A stretch of DNA of 64,000 nt. Origin: the human T2T-CHM13v2.0 reference genome, Homo sapiens. The number at the start of each line of letters is the position of its first letter. Position 1 is the stretch's first letter. Where the stretch lies: assembly GCF_009914755.1 (NCBI RefSeq), contig NC_060933.1, one strand, 5' to 3'. The translations under genes and the position numbers were made by a program. This document shows positions 16,897 through 32,967 of the stretch, piece after piece. Below the pieces are notes generated by a model. That model did not search any database. It was not told the origin of the DNA and saw only the letters and a list, made by a program, of their open reading frames with translations.

Positions 16897-19800
16897 AGCC
16901 AAGGGAACCTCCCCGACTCAGGGAAGCAGTAAGTCAATATGCAATCCCAGGAACACATGCTTCTCCTGCAGATCTTTGAAACCCTCTAGTCAGGAGATCA
17001 CCTCATAAACCCACTCCAGCAGGGCCTTCACCCTGACACACAGAGCTTCGTGGAGTCTTGGCAGAGCAGCCACTTAGGCACGTATGGTGACCTCGGAGAC
17101 TGAGATACTCGGGTTTCCCAGGCTTCCCACAAAAAGTAGCTGCAACTCTGGCAAATTGGGAGGGTAGACACCCTATATACCCCTAGGAAAAAGTATGAAT
17201 CCAGGGAGCTGAGCTGCAACAGTCTGCAGGCCCCACTTTCATGGTACCTTTCAGGATAAGACCCACTGGCTTGGAATTCCAGCCAGGCACTAGCAGCAGT
17301 GTTACTTACTGCCTGACCTACCCTCCTACCCCACTAGACAGAGCTCCCAGCAGGAGGGGCAGGCCATCATCTTTGTTGTTTGGGTGACTTAGCTACTCCA
17401 GCTTTTAGGCTTTGGAGAGTCCAAGCCAACCAGAGGTGGAAGGGATCCCCCAGCCCAAGACAGCTGCTCTATGCAAATGTAGCCAGAGAACTTTTTTAAG
17501 TGGGTCTCTGATCCCGTTGCTTCTCTTGGGCTGAGACCTCCAAGCAAGAGCCTTCAACTACCCCCACCAGTGTTCTCTGGCCAACAGAGATTTGAAACTT
17601 CTCTGAGATGGAGCTTTCAGAGAGAGGGCTGGGATGCCACCTTTGCTGTTTGGGCAATGTAGCCATTCCAGCCTGTGGGCTTTGGAGAGTCCAAGCTGAC
17701 CAGGGGTGGAAGCACAGGGGTGAAAATGTGGCCAGATTACTCTTTTAAGAAGGACCTCAATCCTGTTCCTCATCACCAGGTCAGGCCTCAAAACCAGGGT
17801 CTCCAGCTACCCCCACTGGTGTTCTCTGGATGATGGAGGTTTCAAAACTCCTTGAGACAGAGCTCCCAGAGGAAGGGGTGGACCATCATCTTTGCTGTTT
17901 GGGTGAATTAGTCATTCCAGCCTTTGGGCTTTGGAGTGTCTGAGGTGACTGACCAGGAGCAGAAGTAGACCCCTAGCAGAGTACACCTGCTCTATGAAAA
18001 CATGGTCAGACTACTTTTTTAAATGGGTCCCCAATACCATTTCTCTTCACTGGACAGGACTTCCCCACTGAGGTCTCAAGTCACCTCCTACAGGTGTGTT
18101 CAGGTCAGCAGCAGGCCCATACCTCCCTGGGACAGAGCTCTCAGAAGGAGGAGCAGGCTGCCATCTTTGCCGTTTTGCAGGCTTCACTCATGATACCTCA
18201 AGGTACTGTAAAATCTGAAGTGACTAGGTTCTGGAACAGGCACACAGCAGCCCTACAGAAAGGTGGCCAGACTGTTACATGGGTACGTGTTTCCGTGTAA
18301 CGGTCTGGCCACTTTTTTATCTCTGCACCAGGCAGGCCCTCCAGGCCTAGGCCTCTTCTCACACCCAAACAAGAGCTATTGAGCCTGTAGCAACTCAGCA
18401 ACTCCCTGGCAGAGCCTCCAAGAGCAACTGAAAGCCTCTCCACCACTGCCTCTTCAGTGGAACTGTCCTTGCTACCTTCAGACTAACAAAGGAGCAAGAC
18501 CCTAAGTGCCTTATCTACACCTCCAGTAGGGTGCAGTCGACCCAAGGAGAGGACACCAGTCTGTCTCCTGTGTGTCCCACACATCCCCCACTGTTTGTCA
18601 CCAGACTGGGAATCCCTGGCTTGGGCTCACAGCACAGACCCTCCACACTGGGCTGATTACACTGAGTAATTGCTGACATGCATCTCTCTGGGGTGGAGTC
18701 CCCAGGAAACAAGCAAAAGACCATTGGCCACAACTACTACTAAGGTCTCATCCTCAGCTCCCTCTACATTGGGGAAGGAACATAAAAACTGAGATTGCCC
18801 CAGAGCTGCAGTGGGCAGCCCAGGAGTGCCAGGCCATGATCTACAGCCAGCACTCAAGGGGGAGAGGAACTCACACTTTCAGAGCATTGAGAGAGAGCAT
18901 GGTTGCAACTGTGAGGAAACATAAGAGAGCCACACAACTGAGCAAGAGTCTATCAACTCACCGATATCCTAAGTGCCACCTAGCGGATCACACGCCAAAG
19001 CTGTAACACCAAAAATACCTCAGTAACATACCACCCTCTGAAACCAAAGACAAGAAGTCATCTTCAAATAAAGACCCTGCACAAAGCCTCAGCCTAGTGA
19101 AAACATCCATAAAATAAATCTATTGACTGTACTCCATCTACACTGCAGTTCAAGGAACACACATATACAGAGATGAGAAAGAATCAGTGCAGGAACTCCA
19201 GTAACTCAAATGGCCAGAGTGTCATATGTCCTCCAAACGACTGCACCAGTTCTCCAACAAGAGCTCCTAACCAGGCTTAATCGACTGGAATAACAGAAAT
19301 AGAATTCAGAATATAGATGGGAATTAAGATCATCAAGATTCAGGAGGATGGCAAAACCCAATCCAAGGAAACTAGGAATCAAAATGAAGTGATGTGGGAG
19401 CTGAAAGACAAAATAGTCAGTATAAAAAGGTACCTAACAGGTCTGGCAGAGCTAAATAACAAAACACAGGATTTTCACAATGCAATCATCAGTATTAACA
19501 GCAAAATAAACCAAGGTGAGGAAAGAATTGTGGAATTTGAAGGCTGGTTCTCTGAAATAAGACAGTCAGACAAAAATAAAGAAAAAAGGAACAGAGGGAT
19601 GAACAAAACCTCAGAGAAGTATGGGATTCTATAAAGAGGTCAAATCTGTGAATCACTGGCATCCCCCAAAGGCAGACGAAGAAAGCAAATAACTTGGAAA
19701 ACATATTTCTGGATTTTTTTTAAATAAAAACTTTCCCAACCCTGCTAGAGAGCCCAATAGTGAAATTCAGGAAATACAGAGAACTCCTGCAAGATTCTAC

Positions 19801-22800
19801 ACAAGAATATCATCCCCCAAAAATAACTGTCACATTTTCCAAGGTCAAAATGAAAGAAAGAATGCTAAAAGCAGCTAGAAAGGGCGTGTCACCTACACAC
19901 GGAAAGCCTTCAGGCTAACAGTGGACCTCTCAGCTGAAATGCTTCAAGCCAGAAGAGATTGGGGGCCTGTATTCACTATTCTAAAAAAAAAAGTTCAACC
20001 AATAATTTTATATCCAGCCAAACTAAGCTTCCTAAGCAAAAAAGAAATAAGATCATTTTATATCAGCAAATGTTGAGGGTGTTCTTTACTACCGGACTTG
20101 CCATACAAGAGATCTTGAAAGGATCACTAAATATAGAAAGGAAAAGCCTGCTACCGGCTAATACAAAAACACAATTAAACACACAGACCAGTGTCACTAT
20201 AAAGCAAAGAAGCCAACATAATAAGGAGCTAACAAGACAATGACAAAATAAAATCCACACATATCATTACTAACCTTGAATATAAACAGGTTAAATGCCC
20301 CCACTTAAAAGGCACAGAGTGGCAAGCTGGATTTAAAAAAAAAAAAAAATCCAAGACGCAATGATATGCTATCTTCAAGAGACTCATCTCACACATAATG
20401 ACACCCATAGGCTTAAAATAAAAAGATAGAGGAAAGTCTACAAGGCAAATGGAAAATAGCAACAGTTGCAATTTTAATTTCAGACAAAACAAACTTCAAA
20501 CCAACAAAGATCAAAAAAGACAAAGAAGGGCATTACATAATGCCAATGAGTTCAATTCAGCAAGAAGACCTATCTTAAATATATATTTACCCAACACAGG
20601 AGTACCTATTTTCATAAAGCAAGTAGCAAGTTCTTAGACACCACGAAAGAGACAAAAACTCTCACACAATAATAGTGGGAGACATCAACACTCCACAGAC
20701 AGTATTCAACAGATCTTCAAACCGAAAATTTACAAAGATATTCAGGACCTGAATTCAACATTGGACCAAATGGATCTGATAGACCTTTACAGAACTTTTC
20801 ACCTAAAGTCAACTGATAATACATTCTCATCACCACATGACATATACTCTAAAATCAACCACATAATTGAATGTAAAACAATCCTCAGCAAATATTGAAG
20901 AACCAAAATCATACCAAACACACTGTCAGACCACAGCACAATAAAAATAGAAGTGAAGATTATGAAAATTACTAAAAACCGTGAGATTACATGTAAATTA
21001 AACAACATGCTCCTGAATGGCTTTTGGTTAAATAATGAAATTATGGCAGAAATGAAGAAGTTATTTGAAACTAATGAGAACAAATGTACAACATACCAGA
21101 ATCTCTGAGACACAGGTAAGGCAGTGTTAAGAGGAAAATTCATAGAACTAAATGCCCACACAAAAAGTTAGAAAGATTTCAGATTAACAACTTAACATCA
21201 CAACTGAAAGAATTAGAGAAACAAGAGCAAATCAACTCCAAAGCTAATGGAAATAACAAAAATCAGAGCTGAACTGAAGAAAATCAACACAGGAAAACTA
21301 TTCAAAAAATCAACAAATTCAAGGGTTGGTTTTTTGAAAACATTTATAAGATAGGCCACCAGCTAGAATAACAAAGAAGAAAAAGGAAAAGATCCAAATA
21401 AACACAATTAGAAATGATGAAGGTAATGTTACCACTGATCACACAGACATAAAAATAACTATCAGAAACTACAAATGCCTCTATGCACATAAACTAAAAA
21501 ACCTAGAAGAGATTATTAAATTCTTGGACACATACAGTTTCCCAAGACTGGACCAGGAAAAAAAGCAATTACCTGAACAGGACAGTAACAAACCCTAAAA
21601 TTGAATCAGTAACGAATAGCCTACCAACCAAAAATAGTCCAGGACCTGATGGATTAACCACTGAATTCTATCAGATGTACAAAGAAGAGCTGATATCACT
21701 CCTACAGAAATCGTTCCCAAAAAATGAGGAGGAAGGACTCCTCTCTAACCCATTGTATAATGCCAGCAACATCGCAATACCAAAATCTGGCAGAGACACG
21801 ACAAAAAAATAAAATGTAAGACCAGTATCACTGACAAACATTGATTCAAAAATCCTCAACAAAATAGCCGTAAACCAAATCCAGCAGCACATCAAAAAAC
21901 TAATCCACCATGATCAAGGAGGTTTCATTCCCAGGATGCAAGGTTGGTTCAACATGCACAAATCAATAAATGATATTTATAATATAAACAAAACTAAAAA
22001 CAAAAACCACACTATTATCTTAACAGGCACAGAAAAGATTTTCAATAAAATTTAACACCCCTTCATGTTAAAAATGCTCAGTAAACTAGGTATTGAAGGA
22101 ACATAGCTCAAAATAATGAGTGTCATCTATGACAAACAGCCAACATTACACTGGACAGGCATGAGCTAGAATTATTCCCCTTGAAAACTGGCACAAGACA
22201 AGGATGCTGTATTAGTCCATTTTCATACTGCTATAAAGAATTGCACAAGACTGGGTAATTTATAAAGGAAAGAAGTTTAATTGACTCACAGTTCTGCATG
22301 GCAGGGGAGGCTTCAGGACACTTACGATTATGGTGGAAGGTGAAGGTGAAGCAAAGCACCTTGTTCACAAGGCAACAGAAAGGAGAATGAACACAGTAGG
22401 AGCTACCAAAAACTTATAAAACCATCAGATCTTGTGAGAACTCACTCACTATCACAACAACTGCATGGAGGAAACCACTCCCATGAGTCAATTACCTCCA
22501 CCTGGCCTCTCCCTTGACATGTGGGGATTATAATTCCAGATGAGATTTGGGTGGGAACACAAAGCCTAAATTCCTAGGAGTCTGTAAAATCAAAAGCAGG
22601 TTAGTTAGTTCTAAGATACAAATCATTCTGCCCCAGCCCCTCCAAAATCTCATGTTCCTTTCACATTTCAAAACCAATTATGCCTTCCAAACAGTCCCAA
22701 AGTCTTAACTCATTCCAGCATTAACCCAAAAGTCTAAGTCTAAAGTCTCATCAGAGACAAGGCAAGTTTCTTCCATCTATGAGTCTGTAAAATCAAAAGC

Positions 22801-25800
22801 AAGTTAGTTACTTCCAAGATACAAAGAGAATACAGGCATTGGGTAAATGTTCCCATTATAAATGGGAGGAATTAGCCAAAACAAAGGGGCTACATGCCCC
22901 ATGCAAGTCCAAAATCCAGGTGGATAATCATCAAACCTTAAAGGTCCAAAATGATCTCCTTTGACTCCATGTCTCACATCCAGGTCACACTAATGCAAGA
23001 CGTAGGCTCCCATGGCCTTGAGCATCAACATCCCTGTGGCTTTGGAGGGTACATCTCCCCTCCTGAGTGCTTTCACAGGCTGACAATGAGTGTCTGTGGC
23101 TTTTCCAGACAGAGTACAAACTGTAAAGGGAGCTAACATTCTGGGATCTGGAGGGTGATGGCCCTCTTCCCACAGCTCCACTAGGCAGTGCCCCAGTGGG
23201 GACTCTGTTTTGGGGTTTCAACCCTACATTTCCCTTCCACACTTCCCTAGCAGAGGTTCTCCATGAGGGCTCCACCCTGGCAGCAAACCTCTGCCTGGAC
23301 ACCCAGGCATTTCCATACATCCTCTGAAAGCCAGCTGAAGATTCCCAAACCTCAATTATTGACTTCTGTGCACCCACAGATTTAACACCACATGTAAGCT
23401 GCCAAGGCTTGGGGCTTGTATCCTCTGAAGCAACAGCCTGAGGCATACATTGGCCCCTTTTAGCCATGGCTGGAATATAGGGCACCAAGTTCTGTGACTA
23501 CACAAAGCAGCGAGGCCCTGGGCCCAGACCACAAAACCATTTTCCCCCCTAGGCCTCTGGGCCTATAATGGGAGGGGCTTCTGCAAAGACCTCTGTCATG
23601 CCGTTTAGATGTATTTTCCCCATTGTCTTGGTTATTACATTTGTCTCCTCATTAATTCTGCAAATTTTTGCAGCCTGCTTGAATTTCTCCCCAGAAAATG
23701 GGTTTTTCTTTTCCTTTGCACCATTAGGCTGCAAATTTTCCAAACTTTTCACATCTTGAATGCTTTGCTCCTTAGAAATTTCTTCTGCCAGATACTCTAA
23801 ATCATCTCTCTTAAGATCAAAGCTCTGTAGATCTCTAGGGCAGGAGCAAAATTCCACCAGTCTCTTTGTTAAAGCATAGCAATAATTGCCATTATTCCAG
23901 TTCCCAAAAACTTCCTCATCTCCATCCGAGACCACCTCAGCCTGGACTTCATTGTCCATATCTCTGTCAGCATTTTGGTCAAAGCCATTCAACAAGTTTC
24001 TAGGATGTAACAAACTTTCCTACATTTTCCTATCTTCTGAGCTCTCCAAATTTTTCCAACCTCTGCCTATTACCCAGTTCCAAAGTCAATTCCACATTTT
24101 CAGGTATCTTTATAGCAGTACCCCACCCTACTGGTACCAACTTACTGTATTAGTCCATTTTTATACTGCTATAAAGAATTGCCCAAGACTGGGTTATTTA
24201 TAAAGGAAAGAGGTTTAATTGAGTCATAGTTCCACATGGCTGGGGAGGCTTCAGAAAACTTACAATGATGGCAGAAGGTGAAGGGCAAGCAAGGCACCTT
24301 CTTCACAAGGCAGCAGGAAGGAGAATGAATGCAGGAGGAACTATCATACACTTATAAAACAATCAGATCTCATAAGACCTCACTTTCATAAGAACGGTAT
24401 GGGAGAAACCACCTCCATGATTAAATTATCTCCACCTAGTCTCCTCGTTAACATGTGGGGATTATAGGGATTATAATTCAAGATGAGATTTGGATAGGGA
24501 CACAAAGCCTAACCAATTCAGATGCCCACTCTCACCCCTGCTATTTAACATAGTACTGGAAGTCCTAGCAAGAGAAATCAGGCAAGAGAAAGAAGTAAAG
24601 AGCACCCAAATAGAAAGAGGGGAAGTCAAAATATCTGTTTGCAGATGACATGATTCTATATCTAGAAAACCCCATAGTCTAGACCCAAAAGCTCCTTCAG
24701 CTGACCCACAACTTCAGCAAGGTTGATACAGAATCAATGTGAAAAAATCACTACCATTTCTATACATCAAAAGCAGCCAAGCTGAAATCAAGTATGCAAT
24801 TCCATTCATAATTGCCACAAAAACAGTAAAATACTTGTGAATACAGCTAACCAGTGAGATGAAAGCTGTGGACATTAAGAACTACAAAACACTGTGCGAA
24901 GAAATCACAGAAAACACAAACAAGTAAAAAAATATCACATGCTCATGGACAGAAAAAAATCAATATCATTAAAATGACCATGCTGCCCAAAGTAATTTAC
25001 AGCTTCAATGCTATTTTTATTAAACTACCATTGGCATTCTTCACAGAACTAGAAATAACTATTTTGAAATTCATATGGAATGAAAAAATCGTGAATAGCC
25101 AAGACAATTCTAAGCAAAATAACAAAGCTGGAGGCATCATGTTACCTGACTTCAAACTATACTACAGGGGTGGAGTAACCAAAGTATGATACTGGTACAA
25201 AAACAGGCACCAAGACCAATGGAACAGAATAGAGGACCCTGAAATAACACCACACACTTACAACCATCTGCTCTTGGACAAAGCTGACAAAAACAAGCAA
25301 TAGGGAAAAGATTCCCTATTCAATGAATGATGCTGGGATAACTGGCTAGCCATATGTAAAAGATTGAAGATGGAACCTTTCCTTACCTCACATACAAAAA
25401 TCAACTCAAGATGATTAAAGACCTTAATGTGAAACCTAAAACTATAAAAACCCGGGAAGAAAGCCTAGGCAATACCATCCTGGACACCAGAATGAACAAA
25501 GATTTCATGACAAAGACACCAAAACCAATTGCAACAAAAGCAACAATTGACAAATGAGATTTAATTAAATGTAAGAGCTATTGCACAGCAAAAGAAACTA
25601 TCAACAGAGTAAATAGACAACCTACAGAATGGTAAAAAATATTTGCAAACTATGCATCTGACAAAGGTCTAGTATCCAGCATCTATAAGGAACTTAAACA
25701 AATTTATGAGAGGAAAACAACCAATCCCATTAAAAAGTAGGCAAAAGGCATGAACAGACACTTTTCAATAGAAGACATACTTGAGGTCACCAAGCATATT

Positions 25801-26565
25801 TAAAAATATCTTTGATCATTAGAGAGATAAATGTAAATTAGAATCACAATGAGATACCATCTCACACCATTCAGAATGGCTATGATAAAAAGTCCAAAAA
25901 TAGCAGGTGCTGATGAGGTTGTGGAAAAAAGGAACACTGATACACTGTTGGTGGGAGTGTAAATTTGTTCAACCATTGTGGAAAGCAGTATGGTGATTCC
26001 TTAAAGAGCTAAAAGCAGAACTACCATTCAACCTAGTAATCTCATTACTGGGTATATACCCAGACAAATATAAATCATTCTATCATAAAGTCACATGTAC
26101 GTAAATGTTCATTGCAGCACTGTTCACAATAGCAAAGACATAGAATCAACCTAAATGTCCATCAGTGACAGATTGGATAAAGAAAAAGTGGTGCATATAC
26201 ACCATGAAATACTATGCAGCCACAAAAAGAACAAGATTATGTCTTTGCAGGGACATAGATGGAGCTGTAGGCTATTACCCTTAGCAAACTAACGCAGGAA
26301 CAGAAAATCAAATACTGCATGTTCCGACTCATAAGTGGAAGCTAAATGATGAGAACTTATGAACACAAAGAAGGAAACAACAGACACTAAGGTCTTCTTG
26401 AGGGAGGAGGAGGGAAGAGGAAGAGGAGCAGAAAAAATAATTATCACGTACTAGGCTTAATACCTGGGTGATGAAATAATCTGTACAACAAACCCCCACG
26501 ACACGAGTTTACCTATGTAACAAACCTCCATATGGAAACCCAAACCTAAAATAATTTTTTAAAAG
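16897..26565 (+). mobile_element. Near full-length L1PA15/16-like LINE-1, split by THE1: 5' UTR with monomers, ORF1 ~19170-20150, ORF2 ~20240-26250, 3' UTR; inactive
   Basis: ORF1 remnant (19317-19634 in the ORF track). EN, RT (GTTTGCAGATGACATG = FADDM at ~24637) and C-terminal remnants are colinear. 3' UTR contains AATACCTGGGTGATGAAATAATCTGTACAACAAACCCC. Confidence 0.92.
22208..24520 (-). mobile_element. THE1C/D MaLR provirus: 5' LTR 24146-24520, 3' LTR 22208-~22625
   Basis: Both LTRs read TGTATTAGTCC... on the + strand. Perfect 5-bp TSD GATGC (22203-22207, 24521-24525). L1 ORF2 resumes exactly across it. Confidence 0.95.
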
Positions 26566-26569
26566 AAAT

Positions 26570-28610
<2,041 letters not shown>

Positions 28611-28614
28611 TACT

Positions 28615-30580
28615 ATTTTAAAAATTAACTTTATTGAGGTATAAATCACATGTAATAACATGCACTTATTCTATATGTAATTAAATGAGTTTTGGCAAAT
28701 GTATACCACCAGAATCAAGATATGGAATATTACCAGTACTCCAAAAATATTTTTTAATATCCTCTCCCAGTCAATTCTCTAACACTATCCCTGGCTCTAA
28801 CTTTTTAAAAAAACATACTTATAGTCCATAGGTTACATTATAGTTTGCTCTGTGTTGTACAGTTCCATGGGTATTGAGAAATATAAAATTCCATGGATTC
28901 CTTAGAATGTATCATATTTTAGAATAGTTTCACCATCTTAAAAATCCCTAGGTCTTACCTATTTATCCCACTCTACTCACCCTTGGCAACCATTAATTTT
29001 TTTGTAGTCTCTACAGTTTTGCCTTTTCCAGAATGACATATGGTAGAAATCATACAATGTGTAGCCTCTTCAGATTGGCTTTTTTTACTTAGCAATGTGC
29101 ACCAAAGTTTCTTCATGTGTTTTCATAGCTTGACAGCTCATTGCTTTTTAACACAGGTCATATTCCATTGTATAGATACACCACAGATATTATTCACTGG
29201 ACTACTGACAGACAACTTTATTATTTGCAGTCTTTGGTAATTATGAATAAAGCTGCTATTCATGTGCAGTTTTTGTGTGGATATAAGTTTAAATTCATTT
29301 GAGTAAATCTGTAGAGGACAGTTTCTGAATCATATGGTAAGACTGTGTTTAACTTTGTAAGAAACTACCGAACATTCTTCCAAAGTAGCTGTACCAGTTC
29401 CTACCAACAATGAATGAGGGCTACTGTTGCTTCATGTCTTCATTAGCATTTGGTGATGTCAGTGGTTTTGATTTTAGTCATTCTAATAGCCATGCAATGA
29501 TATTTTGTTTTTGTTTTAATTTGCAATTTCATAATGACATATAATATGGGGCATCTTTCTATAAGCTTATTTGTCATCTACGTATCTTTTTGGCAAGGTG
29601 TCTTTCAGATCTTTTGCCCATTAATTGAGTTGTTTGTTCTCTTACTGTTGAGTCTGAGGGTTTTTTGTATATTTTGAACATAAGTCCTTTATCAGATAGG
29701 TGCTTTGAAAAGGTTTTCTCCCAGTTTGTGGCTTCTTTTCATTCTCTTAGAGCACAGGTCTTTCATCTTAATGTAGGCCAATTTATCCTTTTTTTTTTTT
29801 TTTTTTTTTTAATGCAACAGGCTTTGGTGTCGTATCTGAAAACTGAAGTTCACCTAGATTTTCTTCTGTGTTCTCTTCTAGAACTTTTATAGTTTTGTGT
29901 TTTACATTTACGTCTGTGATCTATTTTGAGTTAGTTTTTGTGAAAGATGTAAGCTCTGTACCTAGAATTTTTTTTTTTTTTTTTGCATGTGGGATGTCCT
30001 GTTATTCCAGCACCACTTGTTGAAAAGACTACCTTTCTGCACTGAATTGTATTTGTTTCTTTGTCAAAGTTTAGTTGACTACATTATGTGTATCTATTTC
30101 TGTGTTCTCTATTTTGTTTCACTGATTTATTTGCCTGTACACTTTTTTAGTGTACATTTATAGTAAGTCTTAAAATGAGTTAGTGTTAGTCCTCTGAATT
30201 TGTTCTGCTTGTTCTCTTTCCAATATTGTGTTTGCTATTCTGGGTCTTTTGTCTTAATTCCTCTCATGAAAGAGTGAATGCCCTGATGGCACCCTCAAGA
30301 ATTTAATAATCAAGCCAGTGTATAGTCAGCCTTCAGCAATTTGTTAATTTCAATTTAAATGTGTCTAACAGATACTGTCTCCAGTGGCTCTTCTCCAGGT
30401 CAGCTGTAATCCTCCATACATACCTGTCTCTCCAGTTTGGGGAGTTAACAGTTTTCCTCATGATCTCATTTCTCTGATGTATCAGAGAAGAGTTGCTTTC
30501 ATTTTTTCGTGTTTTTCTTGTAAGAATAGGAGTGATGACTTAACAGCTCTTTACATGTCAAAGCAGAAAATGCAAGACCC
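28615..30580 (-). mobile_element. Cluster of L1MB/MC/MD fragments (3' UTRs, ORF2 3' part, and a 5'-end fragment at ~30270-30580)
   Basis: AACTTTATTGAGGTATAA, TTCCAAAGTAGCTGTACC, CCTTTATCAGATA, GGAGTGATGACTT...CTCTTTACATG. Confidence 0.75.
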
Positions 30581-32967
30581 CTCTTCATTTACTTTTAAAA
30601 TAATTAATAATTACACACATATAAGAGAAATGCATTTTCTTTGTAATAAATAAAATGTTGCAAGCAAGACATATTTCCTTTTGGCCTTCTCATTCCCAGT
30701 GCCAAGTATATCCTTCTGCTCTCTTCTCAGAATTTCCTGCTATTATCAATTTTATGTGTGTTCATTTTGACATTTTCTATGAATTCATATATAAAAGTTC
30801 CATAAATATTTACTATAATGTTATATATTTTATGTGATCTGTATGCTGTAAATAATTATTTCTATAACTTCATCTTTTTCTCTGTTGTCTTGGGATGTTA
30901 ATATAGACAGTCTTTCCTCATTTTGTTAAAGTTTTTTAATTACCGCATTTTCCCATTCTCATATTGAGACATTTAAGTTTATTCCAACTTTTCTCTATCA
31001 GAATTAATGCTATAATGAACATTCCCAGTTGAAAACTATGCATTTTCTTAACGAAGTCCATTATATTCTTGTGTTTCGACTTTCTTGTTCTTTCTCAAAA
31101 TTATAAGTTATTATAAGTTAATGAAACCAAGTTTTCTGTACACAGAAAAGAAAACTGGAAACCATCGATCTCTGTCAGAACTGAGAACTTTTCAAATAAT
31201 CTGTTTAGATAAATTGTTCATCCTGTTTTTGTTTTGTTGTATTTAACCACAAGTATAAAAGTAATTGCAGGCATTTCCAGGCAAATAAGGAGGGGTAATG
31301 TTTGGCTTGACTGGCCAGTTCTCAGGAAAAATGTTTCTGAACTGGAGAACAAGAAATGACACCTTTCTTCTTTAAGATGTAAATGAACATACTGAATGAC
31401 AACTATTTTCAAAAGTCTATGAAAAGTGACCTCCACAGACTAATTAGTGCCTGTGTTGACACTTCAATTTGCAACCTAATTGTTTATTTAACTTCTAGCT
31501 ATTTTCTTCCTCAAGGTTGTTAGTACTTTTTAAATCCTGTTTAGAACCTGGCTAATTAATTATGTCATTATTCATTGGTTCCCAAGGACCAAGTTTTAAA
31601 AGCCTATTCAAAAAACAATGTAACAACTAAAAATCAATATATATGTTGAAAGAAAGGACACAAAGTAAACTATTATCCCACCAGCTTACTAGAAAAATTA
31701 TTTTTTCCATATTCCTTTCTAGCCTGTGCCCCACATATAAGTACTTGTCTTTTTTTCTGTCTCTAAGATTTTAGCTGCCTGCAATGGCACTCACAAATGT
31801 ATGCTTTTGTTGTTGTTTCCTTTTCTTTTGCTTTTCATTTTTTCCTCTTTCTTTCTTAATCTTTTCAGGTTGCTCTCTTCTCCATTTGCCATTAGTCTAA
31901 ATGTCCTAGAGTTAAGAATTTTGTAGGCAATAAGCCCTTCCTGAAAGTTTGGCTCAAACCTCTCACAAAATGGTTTCCATAGACTTTCTAGCTTCTAAAA
32001 AGTGTCATTTCAAACATTATAAGTTTTCATATGAGTTTAGAGTTTAAGTTAGGGTGGTAGTCAGGAGAAGAAGCATAAATAGGCTTCCACCTAGTCTTCC
32101 ACATCTAAATTTATTTCTCATGAGTGGCACTTTTTATCCTACCCTTTCCACATGGCACATGCTCATTTCTCTCCTTTGGAGTCTGAATATATTCCTTCAC
32201 AAGGCAGAACAAGGTTTATTTTCTCCCTTCTTACCCTATGCCTTTTTCACATAAATATTACACTCCTCACATCTCCAACCAGCAAAAACAAAATAAAATA
32301 AAGCTTAGGGTAGGGGATGGGGCAGAAATATTGACAACCTAGAAGAATAAGACAGACAGGAAGTGGGGGTGTTGCTCACAACAAAGGGATTTAAAGGGTC
32401 TAGAAATAATGGAATAAAGAAAAGATAATGGACACCTCAGGGAACTGAGGGCCATGAAGCGTCTGTCAGAAGAACTCTGTGAGTAGCCTCAAGAAGGGAG
32501 ACGTAGAGCCAGCAGTACCCATGGAGGAACAGTACCTATGGAGGAATACTGATTTGAACAGTGGAAATCTCTAAATCTCACCTTGAAGGAGGCTACTATA
32601 GCTCACAAAAGGTAATTGAGCCTGAATTTAGTAAAGACCAATTCTCCACATTTTTGTTGATTCTCATTTTTTAGAATTGGACTTTACTACTCCATTCTTC
32701 TGATATTAAAAACTTGGCAAGAGAAATGGCCTTTGCCAAGTCTTCAACATTGCACACAGTTGAGAAGATGTGGGGACTGGAGAAGTGATAGGAAGGACCA
32801 CTATCTAGTAATGCAAGAATCGTGGAATCAAATCATTCATTAAATGAGGTGAAAAGCACTTTGTAAAGTCTCAAATCTTATCAATATTTTTTGTATTAAT
32901 ATTATTACTCCTTATCCATGCACCTTCACAATCCAGTCATCCATCTGGGGCCTATCAACCTCTAAGT

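Noticed and set aside
22985-24013. 167-aa and 154-aa ORFs
   Set aside because: Remnants of the THE1 internal ORF; same family sequence as 2545-4170, not host genes.
32300-32760. Possible ancient LTR (purine-rich, TATA-like, ends ...CACA)
   Set aside because: Cannot match to a family with confidence by eye.
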